Below are positions 37,296-47,281 of a stretch of DNA of 64,000 nt, piece after piece. The first letter of the stretch is position 1. Each line of letters begins with the position of its first letter. Source of the stretch: Armatimonadota bacterium (GTDB taxonomy: Bacteria > Armatimonadota > HRBIN16); contig OY781964.1 in the NCBI GenBank assembly GCA_963677485.1, forward strand, positions 3,424,001 through 3,488,000, read 5' to 3'. The position numbers were made by a program, and so were the translations under genes. Below the pieces are notes generated by a model that worked only from the letters and a program-made list of their open reading frames with translations, had not been told where the DNA came from and did no database searches.

Positions 37296-38552
37296 TTAGC
37301 CTCGGCGGGGACCGATGCCGTGCAGCGGCCGTGAGGTATGGGCGGGTGTGATGTCGCAAGGGTAGGCATACGATGCCCCTACCTGACGCACATCCACGAA
37401 CTGCCGCGTCTCGGCGGATTCTTTCGCCGCCAGGCAGGCATACACGCTCTGTAGACCGTCCCATATGGTGACCCGAGGCTCCGCATCACCGTTGATCACG
37501 TCAATGAAGCTGTAAGCCAGTTCGCGGTCGCCGCCGCCATGGCCCGTACCGGGTTCGAGGCGGCTCACCGAAGATTCGGGTGAGTGATGATGCACCAGCT
37601 TAAGATCGTTGGTGGCCCAGTCGAAGCTGATGGTACCGTTGTATCCGCTGACCACTGCGCCTCGGGAGCCCGCATCGCGCCGTGTGAAGAAGACCTGTGT
37701 GTAAACGCCCATTGTGCCGTTGGCAAATGTGAGCAGCGCACTGGAGCAGTCCTCATTCATCCCCGTTTCAGGTGAGCCGATATCTTCCGAGAAGAGGCAG
37801 GCATGCTCAGCCCATGTGTGTCCGGGCGAGCAGTTCCTCATGCGGTTCTGCAGACTCTCGGTACACTGCCGTGCTTCTGTGCAGTCCTCACAACGAAGCC
37901 CAGCGGGTTTCTTACCACCATACACGCGTCCCAGGGAGTGCGTTGCGGCGATCTTCACGATCGGCGAACCCATCAAGAAGCTGGAGTAGTCGAGGTCGTG
38001 CGTTGCCTTTTGGAGGAACAGCCCTTGGGTCACCGAGTAGTCACGGTAGAAGTCGCCGAAATAGACCGTTCCGTAGTTCACATAGTTGGTGGCCAGGATA
38101 TGTTGCGGGCGGCCTACAGCACCATCTAGAATGTGGTTGCGGGCGACGATGCAGTGCTGCGTCAGGCGGAGCGGGAAGCTCACTACCGCCTTGCATCGGG
38201 TGTTTGTGAAGGCCTCTTCCAGTTGCAAAGCCTGCTCAACCGATATGGAGACTGGCTTCTCTAGATAAAGCGGCAGGTCGTATTTGGCGGCCTGTATGGC
38301 ATAGGGGGTGTGCATACTGCATCTGGTGCCGATGAGCAATGCGTCGACCTTGCCCGACCTTACCATCTCGTCCAGAGTGTCGTAGAAGACCACTCCCTCC
38401 CTTTGATCTTCGGGAAGTCGAGACTTTGCAGCCTCTTGATTGATATCTACCATTGCTGTGACGCGGATGGTGGGATCCACAGCAAGCAGTTCGCTATTGA
38501 ATAATCCAGCGGCTCTAAAGCCGAAACCAACGATGCCAAGTCTGATCATCAT
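37296..38552 (-). CDS. Gfo/Idh/MocA family oxidoreductase
   Basis: GIVGFG, LEKP, KATHDLD, GHGGGD. Confidence 0.9.
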   Translation of the reverse strand: MMIRLGIVGFGFRAAGLFNSELLAVDPTIRVTAMVDINQEAAKSRLPEDQREGVVFYDTLDEMVRSGKVDALLIGTRCSMHTPYAIQAAKYDLPLYLEKPVSISVEQALQLEEAFTNTRCKAVVSFPLRLTQHCIVARNHILDGAVGRPQHILATNYVNYGTVYFGDFYRDYSVTQGLFLQKATHDLDYSSFLMGSPIVKIAATHSLGRVYGGKKPAGLRCEDCTEARQCTESLQNRMRNCSPGHTWAEHACLFSEDIGSPETGMNEDCSSALLTFANGTMGVYTQVFFTRRDAGSRGAVVSGYNGTISFDWATNDLKLVHHHSPESSVSRLEPGTGHGGGDRELAYSFIDVINGDAEPRVTIWDGLQSVYACLAAKESAETRQFVDVRQVGASYAYPCDITPAHTSRPLHGIGPRRG

Positions 38553-38722
38553 GACTCCTTACGGTTCTTTTAGTCGCCCATGTGATTTGGACGAGTTTGT
38601 TACATCATAATGCAGTCTGAAGCAGATGGCAAGTATAGGGCCGATGACTTAATGGTGAGGGGTGTCGCGGCGCGTGATCATGTGTCGCAGATATTGACAG
38701 GATCCGTGATCTTAATATACAC

Positions 38723-38752
38723 AACGCGCGCTGGAGATAGCCAGCGCGCGTT
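38723..38752 (-). terminator. hairpin downstream of the repeat protein gene
   Basis: AACGCGCGCTGG / CCAGCGCGCGTT. Confidence 0.55.
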
Positions 38753-38803
38753 AGATATTGCGTATCCGAATGGCGGGATGCGACAGACGGGCAGTTCCCA
38801 TGG

Positions 38804-40291
38804 TTATTCTGTCATGTCAAGCAGATACGGCAGTTTGTAGTTTTCGGGAAGGGTATCTACTGTGTACTGGCGTTCCAGCTCCTGGTGGTCTTTGTAATTC
38901 TCAAGTGGCAAACTGAGTTTGTCGCCCACCTTGGTTTTCGATACGTCGGTCTTCTGACCCTGCAGAATGCCCCATCTGGCGATGCGAAGCTTGTCGCCCT
39001 TTTTGATATTCAACAGGCTGCCCTTGTTGACGCTGAGCACCTCTACCTCTTCGGTCACAATAGCGTGTTTGTACGGCAGTATCTTGTCAGGCTCCGGTGT
39101 GGCGGTCACAGCCAGCACCTTCACCGTGACCGTGATCTGCTTCACCGAGGAGGTATTCAAATCGGCTGGTGCAGATGGCGATGACGGCCCATAATTATTA
39201 GGCACAACAGGTGTTACAGGTTCTACTGGGGTGACAGGCTCCACCGGGGTGACCGTCTCATCTGGCTTGACGGGCTCCACCGGCGTGACAGTCTCGTCTG
39301 GCTTGACAGGCTCCACCGGCGTGACCGTCTCATCTGGCTTGACCGGCTCTACAGGTGTGACTGTCTCGTCTGGCTTAACTGGCTCCACCGGCGTGACCGT
39401 CTCGTCTGGCTTGACTGGCTCCACCGGCGTGACAGTCTCCACCGGCGTGACAGTCTCGTCTGGCTTAACTGGCTCCACCGGCGTGACCGTCTCGTCTGGC
39501 TCCACCGGCGTGACAGTCTCGTCTGGCTTGACAGGCTCTACAGGAGTGACCGTCTCGTCTGGCTTGACGGGCTCCACTGGCGTGACAGTCCCATCGGGCT
39601 GATTAGGCTGCGGTTCGCTTGGGTTGACGTCCGTAGGCTGAGTAGGGTCAACCACTGGTTCGGGTTCAACCGGTTTTGTCGGTTTCACAGAACCATTCTT
39701 TACTGTTGGCGCTATGTTGTTTCCTGTGTCAGAGGGTAATGTACTATCGGCTTCGGTTGTGGTTTCAGATGGTGATGATGTGCCTGTATGGTCGCTTTTG
39801 GGCTCTGATGCCAGTTCAATCTGCTTCAGGTTGAGTACCTTGGCATATGCGATCGCGCTGTTATACTCTCCCAGCCAACTGTTCAGCTTAATGGGCACAA
39901 CACCGTTGAACTGCATGGGCGAGACCGCCAGCGACGCTGCCAGCGAGTTATTGTAATAACTGCGCAGAGTCTGGCCATCGTAGCTGAGGGCCACCTTGGT
40001 GGTGACACCGATTGAAGCGGAGCCAGAGGCCAGTTTTACCCACTTGCCTGGTGTTTTCGCGATGAACCAGGTGAACTCTTCTTTTCCATGACCCAACAGC
40101 ATTTTGTTACCTGCCGCCAGAAGGCTATCGACCTTGGCGGGGGTGCCAGTAGGGGTGATCTGGAGTATCAGCGTGAAGGGTTTGCCTACCTGCATACGCT
40201 TCTGCGATGTGGTGCTTGCTGGAGCGCATATGGCACTGCTCGTATAGGATGCAAGTAGTGCTGCACTGACTAGATATGTTAAATGCCTCAC
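38804..40291 (-). CDS. secreted protein: LamG-like N-terminal domain, Pro/Val/Glu/Thr tandem-repeat stalk, small C-terminal domain
   Basis: Signal peptide; [15 protein letters not shown] LamG-like segment; [12 protein letters not shown] repeats. Confidence 0.7.
   Translation of the reverse strand: MRHLTYLVSAALLASYTSSAICAPASTTSQKRMQVGKPFTLILQITPTGTPAKVDSLLAAGNKMLLGHGKEEFTWFIAKTPGKWVKLASGSASIGVTTKVALSYDGQTLRSYYNNSLAASLAVSPMQFNGVVPIKLNSWLGEYNSAIAYAKVLNLKQIELASEPKSDHTGTSSPSETTTEADSTLPSDTGNNIAPTVKNGSVKPTKPVEPEPVVDPTQPTDVNPSEPQPNQPDGTVTPVEPVKPDETVTPVEPVKPDETVTPVEPDETVTPVEPVKPDETVTPVETVTPVEPVKPDETVTPVEPVKPDETVTPVEPVKPDETVTPVEPVKPDETVTPVEPVKPDETVTPVEPVTPVEPVTPVVPNNYGPSSPSAPADLNTSSVKQITVTVKVLAVTATPEPDKILPYKHAIVTEEVEVLSVNKGSLLNIKKGDKLRIARWGILQGQKTDVSKTKVGDKLSLPLENYKDHQELERQYTVDTLPENYKLPYLLDMTE
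39203..39590 (-). repeat. coding tandem repeat, 36-bp unit with truncated variants
   Basis: About 10 copies of (T)[11 protein letters not shown] with synonymous variation. Confidence 0.9.
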
Positions 40292-40295
40292 GTTG

Positions 40296-42005
40296 TTACC
40301 TCCAACTTACCGAATCGATGATGAGATCACGCTTTCCGACATCGAAAAAGAGTGCATCCACTAGCTTTAGGTTTCTAACCATATTCAGAGGGATGGCATA
40401 TTCGTGCCAGCCTGTAGACATGGTAGCCGAATCGGACAGGATTGGTATTTTTGTGTAATACCTGCGTTCATGGTCCAGCCAGTATGATGATTCACACGTC
40501 ATGTAGAGCGTGAGTGGGCCGGGTTTACCGTCGCCATAGAGCCAAAACCGCAGCTCCTTTGGGTTGTTCCACAGGAAGGGCTCTATGTTCATGAGCTTGA
40601 TGGTGCCGTCCTGGAAGGGTTTAATTTTGGCGGCCGCCTGTCCGTCGTGGCCGGTCACGAAACTAATGCTGCCGACCGATACATACAGGTCAGATCGGTC
40701 TTCAAAGTCGAACAGCATGTTGGGATACACCGCATTGGCCTGTGTGACGCCCAGTTTCGCGGGATCAATAAGCTGCGGGGTGTTCGCGATGCTGCCAAAT
40801 TGTTTGGTCTCTATCTGTGCAACAGCGTAAACCGGTATGGCGGGATCATAAACTGGGATGCTGTATTCGTAACGGCTGCTTGATTTTGTGGCCTCAGCGC
40901 GATGCCATGTGCGGCCTGTCCAGTCACCTGGCTTGCCGTAACTATACAGCACCTCCGCATGCATGATTGTGTCGGTGCTGTTATGGGCAAATGCATAGAC
41001 AAGTTTGCCGTCTTTCGCGGTGACGAGCCCAGATGAGATACCGGGCGGTTTCACACGGCCATTTTGGTAATAGTCTGTGAATGGGCCGATGGCCCGAAAC
41101 TCGTTACGCGAGGTGTTTGCGTGGTATCTATTGGGAGCCACACAGAGTTGCTTCGGGCTGCGGACACTATTCATGAATTCGATGAGCCCATCGAGTGTGG
41201 CGAAATAGTCTGTGAGAGCAATGCACACAATGATTGGCTTGCTGCCATAGGCCGCGTAAGCCGACGGTGCATACATGTCATAAAGTTTTCGGGTCTTGAT
41301 GCGGCTTGGAATTCCGCCTGAGTAGCCCTGTTCATCCGCATAGTAGCCGGTGCTGTGCCATGTGACATAGCAGGAAGGCCGGTCATCAATGGCGTGCAAG
41401 AGTGCTGTGATATATCCTGCCCAGCTATATCCAGACATGGCTAAGCGGTTCATGTTGACATCAGGGCGGGTGGCTAGATAGTCGATTCCCCTGGTGAGGG
41501 CCACGACGTGGTGATACACCCAGCTCTGCTTCGGATCGTCCATAAAGTCGTTTTGTATTGGCTGACCGCCAATGGACTCGGGCTTGGATTCATCCGTGTT
41601 GCCGTCAGGGGCACACACAGAGAAACCCATGAACCCAAAACTGGCATCTTCTTTACGTGGTTCTGCCCCGACGAAGCGGGCCAGCATGTTCACTGGCAGG
41701 TTTCGTCCACCTTTAGGGTAACTCAGGTATGCGAACACCTTGATGCCAGGTTCACTGGTGTATCTTATTTGTTCTGTTACGATGTTCCCGTCTACCGTTT
41801 TGCTTATGGTCTGTGGCTCTAAGGGCACCGCGTGGATGGCCTTCAAGTCAAAGATCCCCACCTTACCATCGACTGGCTTAAGCGGAGGCTCAGTGGTAGC
41901 ACAGAGGGCGGGCACAGCAAGGGCCGCCACGGCAATAGCACTCATGATGAGGCGGGTGATGAACCCATGCCGCGCGCGAGTTGAGAGTTCATGGCTCAAC
42001 TGCAT
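40296..42005 (-). CDS. secreted alpha/beta-hydrolase (carbohydrate esterase-like) with C-terminal CBM-like domain
   Basis: RGIDYLATRPDV and GYSWAG nucleophile elbow; start uncertain. Confidence 0.7.
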   Translation of the reverse strand: MQLSHELSTRARHGFITRLIMSAIAVAALAVPALCATTEPPLKPVDGKVGIFDLKAIHAVPLEPQTISKTVDGNIVTEQIRYTSEPGIKVFAYLSYPKGGRNLPVNMLARFVGAEPRKEDASFGFMGFSVCAPDGNTDESKPESIGGQPIQNDFMDDPKQSWVYHHVVALTRGIDYLATRPDVNMNRLAMSGYSWAGYITALLHAIDDRPSCYVTWHSTGYYADEQGYSGGIPSRIKTRKLYDMYAPSAYAAYGSKPIIVCIALTDYFATLDGLIEFMNSVRSPKQLCVAPNRYHANTSRNEFRAIGPFTDYYQNGRVKPPGISSGLVTAKDGKLVYAFAHNSTDTIMHAEVLYSYGKPGDWTGRTWHRAEATKSSSRYEYSIPVYDPAIPVYAVAQIETKQFGSIANTPQLIDPAKLGVTQANAVYPNMLFDFEDRSDLYVSVGSISFVTGHDGQAAAKIKPFQDGTIKLMNIEPFLWNNPKELRFWLYGDGKPGPLTLYMTCESSYWLDHERRYYTKIPILSDSATMSTGWHEYAIPLNMVRNLKLVDALFFDVGKRDLIIDSVSWR

Positions 42006-42312
42006 TTCCTCCAGTATTTGATTTCGCATACTAAATATGACGCGAAACACCTCTCAGTTAGTATCATGCCAAAGAGGCGATTTTTGGTATCTCACCGTGC
42101 ATATTATACCTGTCACGAACAGACTCTATATGTATAAGGGCAGCATATTAGTGTTGGCTGCGATCGTCAGCCAATAAATAAGGATATAGATCGACGAAGG
42201 CCTGCCGATGAATGGTAAAATGGCAACGTGTCCGAATTCTACAGGCGTGGCCTCAGTGAGTCATTTCATCATGGCATCTAGTCAACAATGAGCAGCAATG
42301 TGGTGAATAGGC

Positions 42313-43524
42313 GTGAACGGTGAACATCGACAGACGGACAGGGCAGGCACAAGCCGGAATATCGTGCTGTTGGGTTTTGTCAGCTTGTTTACTGTCATCG
42401 GGTCGGAGATGGTGTATCCCATCCTGCCCCTGTATCTGAGCTCCATACTAGGCGCAACCCCTGTAGTGATCGGGCTGATAGAGGGGATCGCTGAGAGCCT
42501 GGCCAGCATAGTCAAACTGCTCTCTGGTATTGTTTCGGACAAGTTTGGACACTACAAAAAGCAGTTGGCGTTCGTCGGTTATCTGGCCTCCTTTTTCAAC
42601 AAGCTGCTTATCTTGATGTCCACCGCCTGGGGTGGCGTTCTTTTCGCCCGCATGGTGGATCGATTCGGTAAGGGGATACGCGTTGCACCAAGGGATGCGC
42701 TTGTGGCTGAGTCGTCGTCCAAAAGCAAACTAGGGCAGTCGTATGGGCTGCACAAGGCGATGGATATGCTGGGGTCTGCTGTCGGAGTTTTGATCGCCTA
42801 TTTTTTGATGCATACCGCTACACTTGGCAGCTACCGGACGATCATTATGTGGTCGATGATCCCTGCTTTTGTGGGGCCGTTGTTTATGATTTGGGTAAAG
42901 GACGACAAATCCATCCGAACGACTGCCGCCAAACTGGATTTAAGGTGGGGCCGCTTGGACGGGCGTCTCAAGCTGTTCCTCATCTTCATCACAATATTTA
43001 CCCTGGGTAACTCGTCGGACGCGTTCTTGATTCTCCGGGCACACTCGGCTGGGTTCTCTGCCCAGCAGACGATTTTGTTGTATTTTGTGTTCAATCTGTC
43101 AGCCTCAGTGCTGGCTTATCCGATTGGGCAGTGGTCTGACCGGATAGGCAGGCGCAAGACATTGAGTTTCGGCTATCTTCTTTTCGGCATCGTATATCTG
43201 GGGATTGGTTTATCGAATGTGAAGTCGGTGTTCTGGCTGCTCTTTATTCTGTATGGAGCTTTCATTGCCTTGACCAAAGGCGGTGAGCGCGCATTGATCG
43301 CTGAGATGGCCCCTCCGGAAGCCAGAGGTACCGCGCTTGGATTGCATTCGGCGCTGACGGGAGTGGCGTTGCTGCCGGCTTCGATTATTGCCGGTCTCCT
43401 GTGGGATACCGTGGGTAAATCGGCTCCGTTTATCCTTGGCGGATCTTTAGGGATTTACATTGCGGTGGCGGTTTACTATCTCGTCAACCTGGCAGCACCG
43501 CCAGCTACCGAACGCAGCTCGTAG
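42313..43524 (+). CDS. MFS transporter
   Basis: SGIVSDKFG, DRFGKGIRVAPRDAL, WSDRIGRR; about 12 TM. Confidence 0.92.
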   Translation: MNGEHRQTDRAGTSRNIVLLGFVSLFTVIGSEMVYPILPLYLSSILGATPVVIGLIEGIAESLASIVKLLSGIVSDKFGHYKKQLAFVGYLASFFNKLLILMSTAWGGVLFARMVDRFGKGIRVAPRDALVAESSSKSKLGQSYGLHKAMDMLGSAVGVLIAYFLMHTATLGSYRTIIMWSMIPAFVGPLFMIWVKDDKSIRTTAAKLDLRWGRLDGRLKLFLIFITIFTLGNSSDAFLILRAHSAGFSAQQTILLYFVFNLSASVLAYPIGQWSDRIGRRKTLSFGYLLFGIVYLGIGLSNVKSVFWLLFILYGAFIALTKGGERALIAEMAPPEARGTALGLHSALTGVALLPASIIAGLLWDTVGKSAPFILGGSLGIYIAVAVYYLVNLAAPPATERSS

Positions 43525-43561
43525 AGAACCTGACCAACCTTACCACCTGAAGGGAACTGGA

Positions 43562-46231
43562 ATGAATAACCGCAAAACGAACCACCTGCTGATTGCTATC
43601 ACCATGGTGGTCCTCACGATATCTCAAGCATCGCTTTGTGCCGCTCCACGAGTGGCAACCACGAATTCTGCTAAAAGTGCAGCGAAGCTCGAAGCGGAGA
43701 TCACACAGATCATCAAGAAGATGACCCTGGAAGAAAAACAGGCGATGTGCCATGGGAATGGCAGCATGGATGGCGGCGGCTGCAAGCGGCTGGGCATCGC
43801 GGCATTGAGAATGAGCGACGGCCCTTTGGGCGTATCGCGCACCAGCCAGCCCACTGGATTTGGGTCCGGCATGCTTTTGGCGCAAACTTGGAACCCCGAT
43901 CTTCTGTATTCCGCGGGCGTGGTTTTAGGTAGGGAGGCCGATGCCGGTGGTGTGGATGTGATCCTTGGCCCGGGCATCAATATCGCCCGTGACCTGGTGT
44001 GCGGACGAACCTTTGAATACTACACTGAAGACCCGTATCTAAATGGCATGTTAGCTGCCAGGATGGTGCAGGGGATACAAAGTCAGGGTGTCGCGGCCAC
44101 CATGAAACATTTCATCGCCAACAACCAGGAGAATAACAGGGAAGGTGCAAACGCCATCATCGATGAGCGCACACTTCGCGAGATCTATCTGCCCGGTTAC
44201 GAGATGGGTGTCAAACAGGGCGGCGCGTGGGCGGTAATGGCCCAATGTGGTTTGGTGAATGGGGTGGAGTGCTATGGCACCCCGCTGATACGCAAAGTAT
44301 TGAAAGACGAATACGGGTTCAAGGGCCTGGCGATGACGGACTGGGGCTCAGTCGCGGAGGGGGGAACCATCACTGGTCCAACCGAGCTGACAGCCAAGAA
44401 CGGCATGGACCTTTCCATGCCAAATCCGGGTTCATACAGCACTTTAGCCGCGCTGGTGACCAAGGGTAAGCTCAGCCAGTCGACCCTTGATGACATGGTA
44501 CGCCGGATACTGCGTGTCTCCTACTATGCAGGCGTGGCCGGATGGGGTCCACCTTCACCCGCAGGGCAGATCAACACCGAGGCTAACCACGCTGTCACAC
44601 GAAAAGTAGCTGAAGAGGGCATCGTATTACTGAAAAACACCCAGAGTTTACTGCCGTTGGTGAAGGGGCAGGTTCAGAAAATCTGCCTGACGGGCTGCAA
44701 TGCTATAGTAAAACAGTGCTATGGCGGCGGCAGCAGCGCCGTGCATGTGCCATACGAGATCACGCCGATGGCTGGTCTGGAAAAGTATGGCGGATTAGCC
44801 GTTAACTACCAGCCGACCCAAAGCGGGGCAGTTGAGGCGGCGGAAACCAGCGACGTCACCATCATTGTGACCGGCTATCAGCACGCCATCCCGTATCAAG
44901 GCGGTGATACCGAAGGCAGCGACAGAGACGATATGAGCTTTCCCAAAAGCGAGATCAGCTTGATCAACGCCGTTTCGAAGGTCAGCCGGAAGGTGGTTGT
45001 GGTCGTCGTTGGCGGCCCCGGTGAGCTTCGCGACTGGATTGACAACGTGTCCGCGGTGTTGTATGAGGCGTATCCGGGGATGGAGCATGGCAACGCACTG
45101 GCCCGTGTGCTGTTCGGTGATGTGAACCCATCCGGTAAGCTGACGATCACCTGGCCAAAGCGGGATTCGGATCAGCCGTCCTATAAGACCCGTAATGAGT
45201 CGCTAGTGAAATATTCCGAGGGTATCTTCGTGGGCTATCGAGGGTATGAGAAGAAGCATATCAAACCGGAATTCGCTTTTGGACACGGCTTATCGTATAC
45301 CCGCTTTGCTTATTTCAATCTGTCGGTTAAATCTCAGCAGAACTATAACACAAACCCCAGGGTATCGGTCAGTATCGATGTGAAGAACACCGGTGCCCGA
45401 GCCGGTATGGAGACCGTGCAGTTGTATGTGCAGCCTGTCAGCCCTGGTGTTGCCAGACCGGTCAAGGAGTTGAAGGGATTCGCGAAAGTCATGCTGCAGC
45501 CCGGGCAGACCAAGAGCGTGACACTGACTCTCAATCAGCGATCATTCGCCTATTGGTCAGAGCTTAACAACTGGTATGCGGAACCTGGCAAATACAAGCT
45601 GCTGGTGGGTAGCGCCTCTGACGATATCCGGCTGACCGGAAGTGTCACATTGAAGGCGGTACCCGGTGCCAAAGCGCGGCCGAAACCAAAACCTGCACCG
45701 AAAATAGCGGAACAGAAAGCCACAGCCCCTAAGCGGTACGAGGGCAAGCCTTACGGCGGCCACATGTGGGTGATTCCTGGAATGATCGAGGCCGAGAACT
45801 TCGACATGGGCGGCGAAGGTGTAGCGTATCACGACACTACGGTGGGGAATGCCGGTGGTATGCATCGAAGTGAGGACGTGGACATCCAACCGACGACCGA
45901 TGCGGGCGGAGGCTTCAACGTATGTACCATCGCTGCGGGTGAGTGGTTGAACTACAGCCTGAGTATTCCTCAGCCTGGCAGTTACACGATGGAGATGAGG
46001 GTATCGCGTGAGATGCCAGGGCATTCGAGCTTTCATATCGAGGTCGACGGCACCGATGTGACCGGCAGAGTGTTGATACCCAGCACTGGTGGATGGCAGA
46101 CCTGGACGACGATCATCAAAAAGGGGGTGTACCTAAACACCATCAACCAGGTCATGAAGATCGTCTGCGACGGCGGCAACTTTAACATCAACTGGATCAA
46201 GTTCATCTCAGAAGGCAGCACGGCGAAATAG
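43562..46231 (+). CDS. GH3 beta-glucosidase with Fn3-like domain and C-terminal CBM6-like module
   Basis: SDGPLG, GRTFEYYTEDP, KHF, MTDW, NPSGKL, EAENFDMGGEG. Confidence 0.92.
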   Translation: MNNRKTNHLLIAITMVVLTISQASLCAAPRVATTNSAKSAAKLEAEITQIIKKMTLEEKQAMCHGNGSMDGGGCKRLGIAALRMSDGPLGVSRTSQPTGFGSGMLLAQTWNPDLLYSAGVVLGREADAGGVDVILGPGINIARDLVCGRTFEYYTEDPYLNGMLAARMVQGIQSQGVAATMKHFIANNQENNREGANAIIDERTLREIYLPGYEMGVKQGGAWAVMAQCGLVNGVECYGTPLIRKVLKDEYGFKGLAMTDWGSVAEGGTITGPTELTAKNGMDLSMPNPGSYSTLAALVTKGKLSQSTLDDMVRRILRVSYYAGVAGWGPPSPAGQINTEANHAVTRKVAEEGIVLLKNTQSLLPLVKGQVQKICLTGCNAIVKQCYGGGSSAVHVPYEITPMAGLEKYGGLAVNYQPTQSGAVEAAETSDVTIIVTGYQHAIPYQGGDTEGSDRDDMSFPKSEISLINAVSKVSRKVVVVVVGGPGELRDWIDNVSAVLYEAYPGMEHGNALARVLFGDVNPSGKLTITWPKRDSDQPSYKTRNESLVKYSEGIFVGYRGYEKKHIKPEFAFGHGLSYTRFAYFNLSVKSQQNYNTNPRVSVSIDVKNTGARAGMETVQLYVQPVSPGVARPVKELKGFAKVMLQPGQTKSVTLTLNQRSFAYWSELNNWYAEPGKYKLLVGSASDDIRLTGSVTLKAVPGAKARPKPKPAPKIAEQKATAPKRYEGKPYGGHMWVIPGMIEAENFDMGGEGVAYHDTTVGNAGGMHRSEDVDIQPTTDAGGGFNVCTIAAGEWLNYSLSIPQPGSYTMEMRVSREMPGHSSFHIEVDGTDVTGRVLIPSTGGWQTWTTIIKKGVYLNTINQVMKIVCDGGNFNINWIKFISEGSTAK

Positions 46232-46263
46232 AATGATTCATGCCAGCGGTGTGGTGGGTTCGG

Positions 46264-46301
46264 TTGTCTCATCACGAACCCCATGTTACAATGCTAGCAT
46301 T
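46264..46301 (+). promoter_or_regulatory. promoter with overlapping palindromic operator candidate
   Basis: TTGTCT-17 bp-TACAAT; palindrome AATGCTAGCATT at 46290-46301. Confidence 0.5.
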
Positions 46302-46327
46302 AACGAACCATCTGAGGAGTATGCAGA

Positions 46328-47281
46328 ATGCTGAGGCGCGATGTAGTCAAGGCGGCGATTCGCCATGAGGATGTGGGCGAAATCCCGTATTTTGTGGTGT
46401 TCACCGGCGACGCGGAACCGGCCGTAAAATCCGTGTATGGCGGGGAACAAGTGGATATCGCCATCGGAAATTACGCGACGCGAAGTGTTCAGGCACCCTG
46501 GTGGGGCTGGGATATCACCGACCCGGCCTACCAGCAGTCGAATTGCCCAGGGTATATGCCCGCCACCCGCGGATACGGCAGCTATGAGGGGTTCGCTGAG
46601 CAGCTGAAGTGGATGCGTGACAACAGTGACATGTACATACTGGTTTGCCTGTACGGAATTCACTTCGAGAAGGCGTATTTCGCTAGAGGCTTTGAGAACT
46701 TCCTGGCCGATATGGCGGGAGAGCCCGAGTTCGCGCAGGAGCTGTGCGATACGATCATCCGCAAGAATCTGGTGATGCTGGAAAACATGCTCAGCTTTGC
46801 CGATGTCGACGGAGTGCTGCTTGGCAGCGACTGGGGCAGCCAGCGCGCACCGCTGATGTCACTAGCATCCTGGCAGCGCATGATCATGCCCGGCGAACAG
46901 GCGATGTATGATCTAGTGAGGCAGTCGGGTAAGGATCTGTGGGTGCATTCCTGCGGGCACATCGTGCCGTTGATTCCCGATCTGGTGCGGATGGGGCTGC
47001 AAGTGCTGAACCCTATCCAGCCTGAGGCGATGGATATCGCCATGCTCAAGCATGATTTCGGGGATAAGCTTGCATTCTGGGGCGGGATCAGCACCCAGCA
47101 GACGCTTCCGTTTGGAACACCTGAGGAGGTGCGCCGAGAAACACTTCAGGTGGCGAAGATGATGGGGCATCAGGGCGGGTACATCACCGCACCCGCTCAG
47201 GATGTTCAGGGTGATGTACCGATTTACAACATAAAGGCCTTGATTGAGTCATGCCGAGAAGCTTCTGGGAGGCGCGGATGA
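46328..47281 (+). CDS. uroporphyrinogen decarboxylase/MT2-like family protein
   Basis: RGFENFL, SDWG, VHSCG, FWGGISTQ, GGYI. Confidence 0.85.
   Translation: MLRRDVVKAAIRHEDVGEIPYFVVFTGDAEPAVKSVYGGEQVDIAIGNYATRSVQAPWWGWDITDPAYQQSNCPGYMPATRGYGSYEGFAEQLKWMRDNSDMYILVCLYGIHFEKAYFARGFENFLADMAGEPEFAQELCDTIIRKNLVMLENMLSFADVDGVLLGSDWGSQRAPLMSLASWQRMIMPGEQAMYDLVRQSGKDLWVHSCGHIVPLIPDLVRMGLQVLNPIQPEAMDIAMLKHDFGDKLAFWGGISTQQTLPFGTPEEVRRETLQVAKMMGHQGGYITAPAQDVQGDVPIYNIKALIESCREASGRRG

Noticed and set aside
39231-39602. [12 protein letters not shown] repeat ORF on the plus strand
   Set aside because: Antisense reading of the coding tandem repeat
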